Positions 24,680-32,000 of a DNA stretch of 32,000 nucleotides are shown here, piece after piece. Below the pieces are notes generated by a model. The model was given only the letters and a program-made list of their open reading frames with translations. It did no database searches and was not told the origin of the DNA. The stretch covers positions 324,065 through 356,064 of the forward strand of contig CAWHIJ010000003.1 of assembly GCA_963829525.1 (NCBI GenBank). Direction: 5' to 3'. Position numbers and translations under genes: made by a program. Each line of letters begins with the position of its first letter. The stretch's first letter is position 1. This stretch comes from an uncultured Actinomycetota bacterium (GTDB lineage Bacteria; Actinomycetota; Actinomycetes; JAHEKZ01).

Positions 24680-25707
24680 GCAGCGCAGCCGAGCAGTTCC
24701 CACTGTCAGCCGACAGCGCCATTGAGGTCGACGACCTCCACGTCACCTTTGCTGGTCGCGACGGCGGAATCGCCAAGGCCGTGGACGGCGTCAACCTCGA
24801 CATTCGCAAGGGCGAGATCATCGCCATGGTCGGAGAGTCTGGCTGTGGCAAGACCACGCTGGCTCGCACCATCTTGGGCCTGGAAAAGCCAGCATCTGGC
24901 CAGGTCCGGTTCCACGGCGACCCGCTGGAGTACAGCGGGCGGGCGCTGAAGCGCTACCGCAAGCACGTCCAACTGGTGCTGCAAGACCCCACCGGATCGC
25001 TCAACCCGCGCCACTCTGTGTACGAAGCAGTTGCCGAAGGACCCAGGACACACGGCATGGACGACGAGATCGGACGCGTCACCCGAGCCATGTCGATGGC
25101 CGGGCTCCGTCCGCCCGAGCGCTTCTTCCTGCGCTACCCCCACGAGCTCTCCGGCGGCCAGCGTCAACGAGTCGTTATCGCAGGTGCCCTCGCACTGGAC
25201 CCCGAGATCATCATCGCCGACGAACCAGTCAGCAGCCTCGACGCGTCCGTGCGCGGCGAAATCCTTGCCCTGATGCTCAAACTGCGCGAAGAGCTTGGCC
25301 TCACACTGCTCGTCGTCACCCACGACCTCGGCCTCGCCTGGAACATCGCCGACCGCATCGTCGTGATGTATCTCGGACGTGTCGTCGAACAGGGCCCGAC
25401 CGAGCAAGTACTGAACAACCCGCAACACCCCTACACCCGAGCGCTGCTGTCAGTAGTCCCCGAGATGCACGGCATGGAGCAGATCGTCCTGTCCGGCGAA
25501 GCACCGGACCCCACGAAGATTCCTTCCGGCTGCCGCTTCCATCCCCGCTGCCAAGAAGTCCGCGATGGCGGCGCCGAAGCCGCCGGCGTTCTCGGAGCCT
25601 GCACCACCATCAGCCCCACGATCCTGTCGGCGCACATTCCGGTTGGTGCTGCCGCCCTCGGACATGACTCCGCCTGCCACCTGGTCGTACCCCCACCGTC
25701 TGCCTGA
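24676..25707 (+). CDS. ABC transporter ATP-binding protein (DppF/OppF-like)
   Basis: GTG 24676 overlaps the upstream TGA (GTGA). Walker A is GESGCGKTT, the signature is LSGGQRQR and Walker B is IIADEPVSSLD. HPYTRALL…GCRFHPRC is also present. ORF 24550.. was trimmed. Confidence 0.88.
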   Translation: MSSAAEQFPLSADSAIEVDDLHVTFAGRDGGIAKAVDGVNLDIRKGEIIAMVGESGCGKTTLARTILGLEKPASGQVRFHGDPLEYSGRALKRYRKHVQLVLQDPTGSLNPRHSVYEAVAEGPRTHGMDDEIGRVTRAMSMAGLRPPERFFLRYPHELSGGQRQRVVIAGALALDPEIIIADEPVSSLDASVRGEILALMLKLREELGLTLLVVTHDLGLAWNIADRIVVMYLGRVVEQGPTEQVLNNPQHPYTRALLSVVPEMHGMEQIVLSGEAPDPTKIPSGCRFHPRCQEVRDGGAEAAGVLGACTTISPTILSAHIPVGAAALGHDSACHLVVPPPSA

Positions 25708-25758
25708 CGCGCCCCGCGGCCGTCCCTTGCACTGCGCCGTGATGAGCGGGTGAGTCGT

Positions 25759-26310
25759 CTACAGGTAGGGGCCGCTGGTGCGCTGGCTCTGGTCGAGCTC
25801 GCCGGGGACGCCGCCGCCGTCACGCCCTGCCGGGAGCGCTGCACGCCGCCGCATCTCTTCAAACTGCGCTCGCGCGGCAACCTGTTGGGCGAACAGAGCC
25901 GTTTGGATGCCGTGGAAGAGCCCTTCGAGCCACCCAACCAGCTGGGCTTGCGCGATACGTAGCTCGGCCTCACTTGGGATGCTGTCATCGGTGAACGGAA
26001 GTGAGATGCGCTCCAGCTCGTCGACCAGCTCGGGTGCGAGCCCGTCCTCAAGCTCAGCGATCGACCTGCGGTGGATCTCCTTCAGGCGCGCGCGTCCTGC
26101 TTCATCCAGCGGCGCACTTCGCACCTCGTCCAGGAGCTGCTTGATCATCGTGCCGATCCTCATCACCTTGGCTGGCTGTTCCACCAGCTCGGTGATCGGT
26201 GGCTGGCCGTCGCCGCCCTCGGCGCCGGGGTCTGGGACCTCCCCGACGGGCTGACCATCGGGGCCGACGATCACGATTCGGTTCGGTGTCTCGTCCTGCG
26301 GCTGCGTCAT
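25759..26310 (-). CDS. bpa: Bacterial proteasome activator (Bpa/PafE family)
   Basis: It is near-identical in blocks to M. tuberculosis Bpa as I recall it (LVEQPAKVMRIGTMIKQLLDEVR…LEDGLAPEL…AELRIAQAQLVGWLEGLFHGIQTALFAQQ). The C-terminus is …GPYL. ORF 25759..26559 was trimmed to ATG 26310. Confidence 0.9.
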   Translation of the reverse strand: MTQPQDETPNRIVIVGPDGQPVGEVPDPGAEGGDGQPPITELVEQPAKVMRIGTMIKQLLDEVRSAPLDEAGRARLKEIHRRSIAELEDGLAPELVDELERISLPFTDDSIPSEAELRIAQAQLVGWLEGLFHGIQTALFAQQVAARAQFEEMRRRAALPAGRDGGGVPGELDQSQRTSGPYL

Positions 26311-26371
26311 GGGTCCATCTTGGCGTAGAAACCTTGTGGACGAAGAACCGGTCCTCCGACAGGGTGAGCGC

Positions 26372-27367
26372 ATGGAATTCGCTGCCCTGGAGAAGGCGCT
26401 CCCAGACCACGAGATCCGGCCCATCAGCCTGGACGACGTTCCCGCTTTGGCCAACCTGGTGGGGCGGCTCACCACCGTGGTTCTCGGTGAGCCGGACGTC
26501 AGTGAGGCCGAGCTTCGGGACGACCTGATCGGCCCGCACTTCGAGTTGAGCACCGACACTTTCGTTGCAGTCGCACCCGATGGGGGGGTGACCGCATACG
26601 GGCAGGGCTACGACGAACGCGATGGCTCAGGATGGATCGATGTCTGTATCGACCCCGCGCTCGACGAGGCACGGCAGGACGCTGTCGCTGACGCTGGAAT
26701 CGCTGCATGTGCTGCCCGAATCATCGAGTCGGCAAAAGCGCGGGGAGCGTCGGAGATCCATCTGACGGCTAACCTCTACGAGTCCGAGACCCTGATGCGC
26801 GATGCGTATGCGCGTGCTGGTCTGCCGGTCGAGACGATCTACTGGCGCATGCAGCGCGAGTTCTCCGCGGCCGAAGCGCTCGAAACGCCGGTGGTGCCAG
26901 ACGGCTTCCGGATCGGCAAGGTCGACCCACGCGACGACGTCGTGATCGAGCAGGGCTACCACCTCATCAACGACACCTTCAGCGAGCACCACGGGTTCGG
27001 GGGTGAGGTGAAGTCGCTCTCTGACTACATCGAATACGTGCGCAGCGCCGAAGCGTTCGACCCGGACGCATGGTGGTTCGCCTGGCAGGGGGACACGCCT
27101 GTCGGTTTGCTCATCGGCGACAACCGGCGCGAGGAACAGGGCTTCGGTTACGTGCCCTCCGTTGGTGTCCAGAAGCGGCTCAGGGGACGCGGGATCGCGC
27201 GGGCGCTCCTGCTCGCTGCCTTCGCTGACTACCAGCAGCGCGGACGCGCCGGCGTGCAGCTCGGCGTCGATACTCAGAACTCCACAGGTGCGACACGTCT
27301 CTACGAGTCGGTGGGTATGACGTCGCTGCACTCCGCGCTTGCGATGGGCCGCAAAGTCACCCTCTGA
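26372..27367 (+). CDS. GNAT-family N-acetyltransferase, two tandem GNAT-like domains
   Basis: The C-terminal domain has an acetyl-CoA motif A (VGVQKRLRGRGIARALL) and …TRLYESVGM. The N-terminal half has GNAT-like beta-strand patterning without a clear motif A. The start is set at ATG 26372 (MEFAAL…) and is uncertain. Confidence 0.75.
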   Translation: MEFAALEKALPDHEIRPISLDDVPALANLVGRLTTVVLGEPDVSEAELRDDLIGPHFELSTDTFVAVAPDGGVTAYGQGYDERDGSGWIDVCIDPALDEARQDAVADAGIAACAARIIESAKARGASEIHLTANLYESETLMRDAYARAGLPVETIYWRMQREFSAAEALETPVVPDGFRIGKVDPRDDVVIEQGYHLINDTFSEHHGFGGEVKSLSDYIEYVRSAEAFDPDAWWFAWQGDTPVGLLIGDNRREEQGFGYVPSVGVQKRLRGRGIARALLLAAFADYQQRGRAGVQLGVDTQNSTGATRLYESVGMTSLHSALAMGRKVTL

Positions 27368-27397
27368 CTCCCTCCACGCCGTTACGGCCACCTTGGC

Positions 27398-28066
27398 TCA
27401 GGGGAAGGCGACCGTGTCGAGGAAGGCGTCTATCAGGTCGTAGCAGCGCTGACGGTTCTGCTCGGCAAGTTGCTCGGTCTGTTGGTAGACCTTCTCCAAG
27501 TCGACGCCATACGCGTCGGCGTCATCGGCGGCATCCTTGCCCCAGCGACGAATGATCTCGGTGGAAACTTCAGGGTGGAACTGCAGCGCGAGCATGCGAC
27601 CCAGACGATAGGCCTGGGGGCCGGCATCGGTCGACGCGAACACCTGAGCGCCGAGTGGCGGGGTGAACTTGTCAACGTGGTACTCAAACCACGGTCCGGG
27701 TGGAGCAAGCTGGGGGTTTTGCGTCGTGATCTCATACCAGCCGAGCTCACTGCGGTGTGCGCGCTCAACCGAACCACCAAGAGCGTGCGACATCAGTTGT
27801 CCGCCGTAACAGATCCCGAGGACGGGCGTGTCGGAGTCCGCCGCGGCGCGCACGAGGGCTGACTCACGGTCGACGTGGTTGGCGACCTTCTCCCAGTAGA
27901 CCGACCAGTCCGACCCCAGCATCACCAAGAGGTCAACGCCCTCGAGGTCAATCTGGCTGGCACCGTCGCGATGAAAGATCTCAAGCTCGAAGCCACGCTG
28001 CCGCAGTCGTTCGCCCACGTGCCCCGCATCGTCGTCGCCGCTGTTGGCGATCACCAGTGCCCTCAC
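27398..28066 (-). CDS. Class I (type 1) glutamine amidotransferase-like protein
   Basis: The nucleophile elbow is VLGICYGGQL and the His-Glu region is LQFHPE. The protein is 222 aa and lies 10 nt downstream of the MFS gene on the same strand. Confidence 0.85.
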   Translation of the reverse strand: MRALVIANSGDDDAGHVGERLRQRGFELEIFHRDGASQIDLEGVDLLVMLGSDWSVYWEKVANHVDRESALVRAAADSDTPVLGICYGGQLMSHALGGSVERAHRSELGWYEITTQNPQLAPPGPWFEYHVDKFTPPLGAQVFASTDAGPQAYRLGRMLALQFHPEVSTEIIRRWGKDAADDADAYGVDLEKVYQQTEQLAEQNRQRCYDLIDAFLDTVAFP

Positions 28067-28076
28067 AGCAGGCAGG

Positions 28077-29378
28077 CTACGGCAGCGGAGCGTCCGACGG
28101 CTCGTCAGACGCTGCGTCCGAGGTTGTATCGGCGTCCTCGCTGCCGGCTGACGACCGCAGGTCGATCACCGCGGGCGGCAACGTGCGGATGAGCGCCCAC
28201 GAGCTGTACGCCACCGGCAGGATCAGGGCGATCGCCATCGTGGACGTCGTGGGCAGCAGTGACGCCATGGCGCCGGCTGCCAGCGCGCCGAAAGCCTGGA
28301 TACCCATCAGTCCGGGTTGCACGATCGAGACGAACGGTGCCCGCAACTGCTCGGGCACCATCATCATCGAGCCCGTCATGGTGGGGACGTCTGCGGCGAT
28401 CGTGACGCCGAACGCAGCGACCGCGAGGAACGCCAACACAACGGTAGTCATCCCCTGGCCCGAGCCCGCGAGTGCGAAGAACAGTGCGGCAGGGCTCGCC
28501 GCCAGAATCGTGATGGTGCACGAGATGCGGAGTAATCGCGTCGGAGTCCCTTCGCGCGGAACGATGGTGCCGCTAAACGCACCGATCAGCGGTGCGGTGG
28601 CAATGAGTGCAGCCATCACCATCGGGTTGATGGCTTCGCTACGCAGGAACACCGGAAGGAGCGCGCTGATCGCGGCGTCGGCAAGTGCCAGCAGCAGGAA
28701 GAAGAAGAGCATCTGACGCAGCAGTCCGCGGCGAGACATCAAAGTGAACGCATTGCGCGTGCGGGTGATCGGGGGTTCTGGCGGCGGAGGCTGCCGCCCG
28801 GCTGAGATGCCGAAGAGAAGCACGGCGGAGATCCCGAACGTGGCCGCATTCATGATGAGTGTCGCCTGAGGTCCGATCAGCAGCAGCAGCGCACCACCGG
28901 CTGCCAGACCAGCCGCCTGGGCCGTCTGGAAGGTGACATTGCTCAGGGCGTAGCCGTCGGCCATCCGGTCCTCGCCGGCGGCCTCGGGGATGATCGCCGT
29001 GCGAGCCGCCTCAAAGGGTGGAGAAGCCAGACCGGCGACGAATGCCAGCGCCAGCAGCGACCACGTCGGCAACGGCAGCGCGATCAGTGCGAAGAGCACC
29101 ATGCGAATGAGGTCCGAGCCGATCATCATCTTGCGCAGGGAGTAGCGCTGGGCGATTGGCGTGATGATCGGGCTCAGCAGGTAGGGAAGGTAGGTGACAG
29201 CCAGCGTTGCTGCCGTCAGGAACGCAGATCCGCTGCGGTCGTAGACCAGGACGGCGAGCGCGAATCGAGCTGCCCAGTCGCCAACCTCACTGAGGACCTG
29301 CGAGCCCCAGACGCGTCGCATGTCGCGGATTTGTAGAACGCTGAAGGAGGCAACGAACCGCTGTCGCGCCTGCCCCAT
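28077..29378 (-). CDS. MFS transporter (EntS/MFS_3-like)
   Basis: The 433-aa protein has about 12 hydrophobic segments and an N-terminus typical of MFS_3 exporters (FRRVWGSQVLSEVGDWAARFAL). It has an acidic C-terminal tail. Confidence 0.85.
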   Translation of the reverse strand: MGQARQRFVASFSVLQIRDMRRVWGSQVLSEVGDWAARFALAVLVYDRSGSAFLTAATLAVTYLPYLLSPIITPIAQRYSLRKMMIGSDLIRMVLFALIALPLPTWSLLALAFVAGLASPPFEAARTAIIPEAAGEDRMADGYALSNVTFQTAQAAGLAAGGALLLLIGPQATLIMNAATFGISAVLLFGISAGRQPPPPEPPITRTRNAFTLMSRRGLLRQMLFFFLLLALADAAISALLPVFLRSEAINPMVMAALIATAPLIGAFSGTIVPREGTPTRLLRISCTITILAASPAALFFALAGSGQGMTTVVLAFLAVAAFGVTIAADVPTMTGSMMMVPEQLRAPFVSIVQPGLMGIQAFGALAAGAMASLLPTTSTMAIALILPVAYSSWALIRTLPPAVIDLRSSAGSEDADTTSDAASDEPSDAPLP

Positions 29379-29661
29379 CTGACCCCCTCAGGTCCTGGCT
29401 ACCCCGCCGCGTATATGACCACAAATGAGGGGCGTGGGTGGCCAGATCGCCAGTTGCTACGCCTATTCGGCCTGTCCGGCTTACTCAGCTGCTCTCTCCG
29501 CGGTTGGCGCTGCGACGGTGAAAGCAGCGGGGCGCGGTGCCGTTTGTTACCCATATGGGCTTATTGCCCCTGTGCTCCACAGGTTGTCCACAGACTTTGG
29601 ACAAAACGGACACGCTGTGCGCTTGCCCCCTCACCTTCTGTCACGACGGTGGCTCGGTCGC

Positions 29662-30339
29662 TTAGGGCAGTCGCCAGCCGATCGGGTCGGCACCCTGGGC
29701 GGTTAGAGCGGCGTTCACCCGGCTAAAGGGGCGAGATCCGAAGAAGCCACGCGATGCAGAGAGCGGGCTCGGGTGGGTGCTGACGATCTGCGGGACGTCA
29801 CCCAACACGGGCGCGAGACTCTGCGCGTCTCGTCCCCAGAGGACGGCGACCAGCGGGCCGCCACGCTCGGCCAGCGCCTTCATGGCTGCTTCGGTCACTT
29901 GCTCCCAGCCCTTCCCGCGGTGAGACGCAGGCGTTCCCGGCTGCACTGTGAGCACCCGGTTAAGCAGCATGACCCCGCGATCGGTCCAGGGGGAGAGATC
30001 GCCGGTGGTGGGACGGGGCACGCCAAGGTCGTCTGTGAGCTCGGTGAAGATGTTGGTCAGGCTCTTCGGAAGCGGCCGCACCTCGGGAGCGACCGAGAAC
30101 GAGAGCCCTACCGGGTGGCCGGGCGTCGGATACGGATCCTGCCCGACGATGAGCACGCGGACGGCGTCCAACGGCGTCTGGAAGGCTCGCAGCACGTTCT
30201 CGCCAGTAGGAAGGTATCCGCGTCCAGCCGCGACTTCTGTGCGCAGGAACTCGCCGATCCGCGCGATGGTCGTGGCCTGAGGTTCGAGGGCCGGCAACCA
30301 CGACGGGTCGACGAGCTCGGCGAGCGGGCGAGGGGCCAT
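29662..30339 (-). CDS. ung: Uracil-DNA glycosylase, family 1
   Basis: GQDPYPTPG is the water-activating loop and HPSPLSA is the Leu-intercalation loop. LLNRVLTV is also present. ORF 29662..30393 was trimmed to ATG 30339 ([10 protein letters not shown]…). Confidence 0.92.
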   Translation of the reverse strand: MAPRPLAELVDPSWLPALEPQATTIARIGEFLRTEVAAGRGYLPTGENVLRAFQTPLDAVRVLIVGQDPYPTPGHPVGLSFSVAPEVRPLPKSLTNIFTELTDDLGVPRPTTGDLSPWTDRGVMLLNRVLTVQPGTPASHRGKGWEQVTEAAMKALAERGGPLVAVLWGRDAQSLAPVLGDVPQIVSTHPSPLSASRGFFGSRPFSRVNAALTAQGADPIGWRLP

Positions 30340-30382
30340 GGGGGATGAGCGTAGAGGCGTCCGCCCAGCTACGGTGACCGGC

Positions 30383-30838
30383 GTGACTTTCACGCTCGAG
30401 CATGTGCGCTACGACTCGCCCGACGCGCACATGCTGATCGAGGAGCTGCAGGAGGAGTACGTCATCCGCTACGGAGGCCGCGACGAGACCCCTGTTGATC
30501 CTGACGACTTCGCTGCTCCCAAGGGCACTTTCCTTCTCGCGTACCGCGACGCCCAGCTCGTCGGTTGCGCGGGTATGCGGCGAAGGTCCGACGAGGACGT
30601 CGAGGTGAAGCGGATGTTCATCCGCCGTCCCTACCGTGGGCGTGGATACTCGCGTGACCTGCTAGCTCTCGTCGAGGACGAGGCCCGCACCATGGGGTTC
30701 ACCCGGATCCTGATGGAGAGCGGGCTGGCCCAGCCTGAGGCGATGGGGCTCTACGAGACCAGCGGCTACGAGCGGATCCCCGGCTTCGGCCACTACCGCA
30801 ACGAGCCGCAGAACCGCTGCTACGCCAAGGAGTTATGA
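30383..30838 (+). CDS. GNAT-family N-acetyltransferase
   Basis: Motif A is [15 protein letters not shown], and …[11 protein letters not shown] is present. The start is ambiguous. ATG 30338 would overlap the divergent ung start codon, so GTG 30374 or GTG 30383 is preferred. Confidence 0.8.
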   Translation: MTFTLEHVRYDSPDAHMLIEELQEEYVIRYGGRDETPVDPDDFAAPKGTFLLAYRDAQLVGCAGMRRRSDEDVEVKRMFIRRPYRGRGYSRDLLALVEDEARTMGFTRILMESGLAQPEAMGLYETSGYERIPGFGHYRNEPQNRCYAKEL

Positions 30839-30856
30839 CGTGGACGGGGCGCTGGG

Positions 30857-30941
30857 CGGAGGGTGAGGGATTTGAACCCCCGGATGCTTTCGCATCGCTC
30901 GCTTTCAAGGCGAGTGCAATCGGCCGCTCTGCCAACCCTCC
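30857..30941 (-). tRNA. tRNA-Ser (anticodon UGA)
   Basis: The reverse complement reads GGAGGGT TG GCAGAGCGGCCGATTGC A CTCGC CTTGAAA GCGAG CGATGCGAAAGCATCCG GGGGGTTCAAATCCCTC ACCCTCC G. It has a 7-bp acceptor stem, anticodon loop CU-UGA-AA, a long variable arm, a GTTCAAATC T-loop and discriminator G. It is collinear with E. coli tRNA-Ser. CCA is not encoded (CCC follows). Confidence 0.92.
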
Positions 30942-31017
30942 CGGGGTGGTCATTCTGCCGTACCCGGGAACGCAGATCACAACGTGTTGGCTCTCTGGGG
31001 TCATCCCCCCAGCCAAC

Positions 31018-31992
31018 TCACACGTTGTGAGGCGCAAAGTCGGCGGCGAGCCGCTCGAACCCCTCGGCAAGTGAGACGGCGGGCGTCCACTGCAGACGCT
31101 CATGGGTGCGGCGCTGGTCGAACCAGTGCGCGGTCGACAGCTGCTCGGCCAGGAACCGGGTCATGGGGGGTTCCCCCTCGCGGCCGGTGGCCGCCCACGC
31201 CCGCTCGACAATCGCACCGGCTCCGGTCGCCACGGCGCGCGACACCGAACGAGTCGGTTCGGCAACGCCTGCCGCCCTGCAGATGCGGGTGAGCAGCTCC
31301 GCGACCGTCCTCGGCTCACCGTTGGTCACGACGAAGGCCTCGCCGCTGATGTCGCCAACACGGTCAAGGGCAGCCACCAGAGCGTCTGCGGCGTTGTCGA
31401 GGTAGGTCGTATCGATGAGCGCGCTACCACCGTTGATCAGCACGAGACGCCCGGACGCCGCCCGCTCCACAATGCGACCCACCAGCTGGGTGTCGCCAGG
31501 ACCCCAGACCAAGTGCGGTCGTACAGCCACCGCCGCCAGCGAGTCGTCGACGGCGCCGAGCACCAGCTGCTCGGCCATCGCCTTGCTGCGCGCGTAATGA
31601 CCGTGAGCGCGATCAGGGTCGGCGGGGTCGGCGTCTGCAGCGACGAGCGGCTCGCCGAAGTGGGCCACGGACGGGGACGAGACATGAACCAGCCGCGGAA
31701 CGTTGTGCGCGCGAACGGAGTCCAGCACGTTCTGCGTCCCGCCGACGTTGACCGACTCGAACTCGTCCCAGTCGCCGACGACGGACACGCGAGCCGCGAG
31801 GTGCACAACGGCGTCCGCACCGACAACAGCAGAGGAAACGGTGTCCGCGTGACGGATGTCTCCGCGCACCTGGCGCCAAGGGCCTGTGGCCTCGCCCCGC
31901 TGCATCGTGACGACGTCGTCCCCACGCTCGTGCAACAGTTGCGCGACGGCTGCACCAAGCAGACTGGTGCCGCCGGTGACGAGCACCCTCAC
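31018..31992 (-). CDS. NAD-dependent epimerase/dehydratase family protein (3-beta-HSD-like SDR)
   Basis: The N-terminal Rossmann motif is VLVTGGTSLLG and the catalytic YxxxK is YARSK. The protein is 324 aa, with a GTG start at 31992 inside the window. Confidence 0.85.
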   Translation of the reverse strand: MRVLVTGGTSLLGAAVAQLLHERGDDVVTMQRGEATGPWRQVRGDIRHADTVSSAVVGADAVVHLAARVSVVGDWDEFESVNVGGTQNVLDSVRAHNVPRLVHVSSPSVAHFGEPLVAADADPADPDRAHGHYARSKAMAEQLVLGAVDDSLAAVAVRPHLVWGPGDTQLVGRIVERAASGRLVLINGGSALIDTTYLDNAADALVAALDRVGDISGEAFVVTNGEPRTVAELLTRICRAAGVAEPTRSVSRAVATGAGAIVERAWAATGREGEPPMTRFLAEQLSTAHWFDQRRTHERLQWTPAVSLAEGFERLAADFAPHNV

Positions 31993-32000
31993 GAGCCGGC

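Noticed and set aside
30338-30393. ATG 30338 as the start of the small GNAT, and ATG 30393 as the start of ung, which would make the divergent genes overlap by 56 bp.
   Set aside because: Ung homology starts at MAPRPLAEL (ATG 30339). The GNAT core starts near VTFTLEH (GTG 30374 or 30383). Choosing those starts removes the implausible divergent overlap.
30839-31017. tRNA-Ser as an integration hotspot, with a possible island boundary.
   Set aside because: No integrase is present, I noticed no repeat of the tRNA 3' end, and the flanking genes (GNAT, ung, epimerase) look like ordinary housekeeping or core genes.

Overview
This is a high-GC, actinobacterial-type chromosomal window, densely coded on both strands, with about 31 protein genes, one tRNA and one gene remnant. 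Hand counts of single 60-nt lines give about 70% GC in soluble-enzyme genes and about 53% in the dpp permease genes.

Gene order:
- DagK-family lipid kinase (5' partial), translationally coupled to a PAP2 phosphatase.
- An orphan C-terminal fragment of an MDR/quinone oxidoreductase, followed by a block of tandem repeats and hairpins.
- A stand-alone TrpB-like (TrpB2) PLP enzyme, divergent from a Cof-type HAD phosphatase.
- A minus-strand set: a fused ADP-forming acyl-CoA synthetase, GTGA-coupled to a small hotdog protein, then a 161-aa unknown. The set is divergent from an AcuI/YhdH-type enoyl-CoA reductase.
- A DrrAB-like ABC-2 exporter.
- An NAD-linked formate dehydrogenase operon (fdsG-fdsB-fdsA) with an FdsD-like module fused in frame to FdsA, and a convergent fdhD.
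- An NRDE-family protein and a vapBC toxin-antitoxin pair.
- A PucR-type regulator divergent from a five-gene Dpp/Opp-type ABC importer.
- The proteasome activator Bpa, a two-domain GNAT, and an MFS transporter followed by a class I glutamine amidotransferase.
- ung, a small GNAT, tRNA-Ser(UGA) and an NAD-dependent epimerase/dehydratase.

I found no CRISPR array, transposase, integrase or recognisable multi-gene defence system other than vapBC.

The most interesting observations are:
1. The repeat and hairpin block that replaces the 5' part of an oxidoreductase gene (1741-1931).
2. The ACD / hotdog / AcuI locus, a candidate uncharacterised CoA-ester pathway with a perfect 10-bp inverted repeat in its divergent control region.
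3. Two anomalies about 250 bp apart at the fdh locus: the in-frame FdsA-FdsD fusion, and an fdhD 3' end whose canonical C-terminal motifs sit in the other two frames.
4. A family-5 solute-binding protein with a Tat-like signal, no lipobox, and a C-terminal TM anchor with an Arg-rich tail.
5. A palindrome-dense, lower-GC spacer between ung and the MFS gene.

All functional calls rest on motif recognition by eye. No database search was run.
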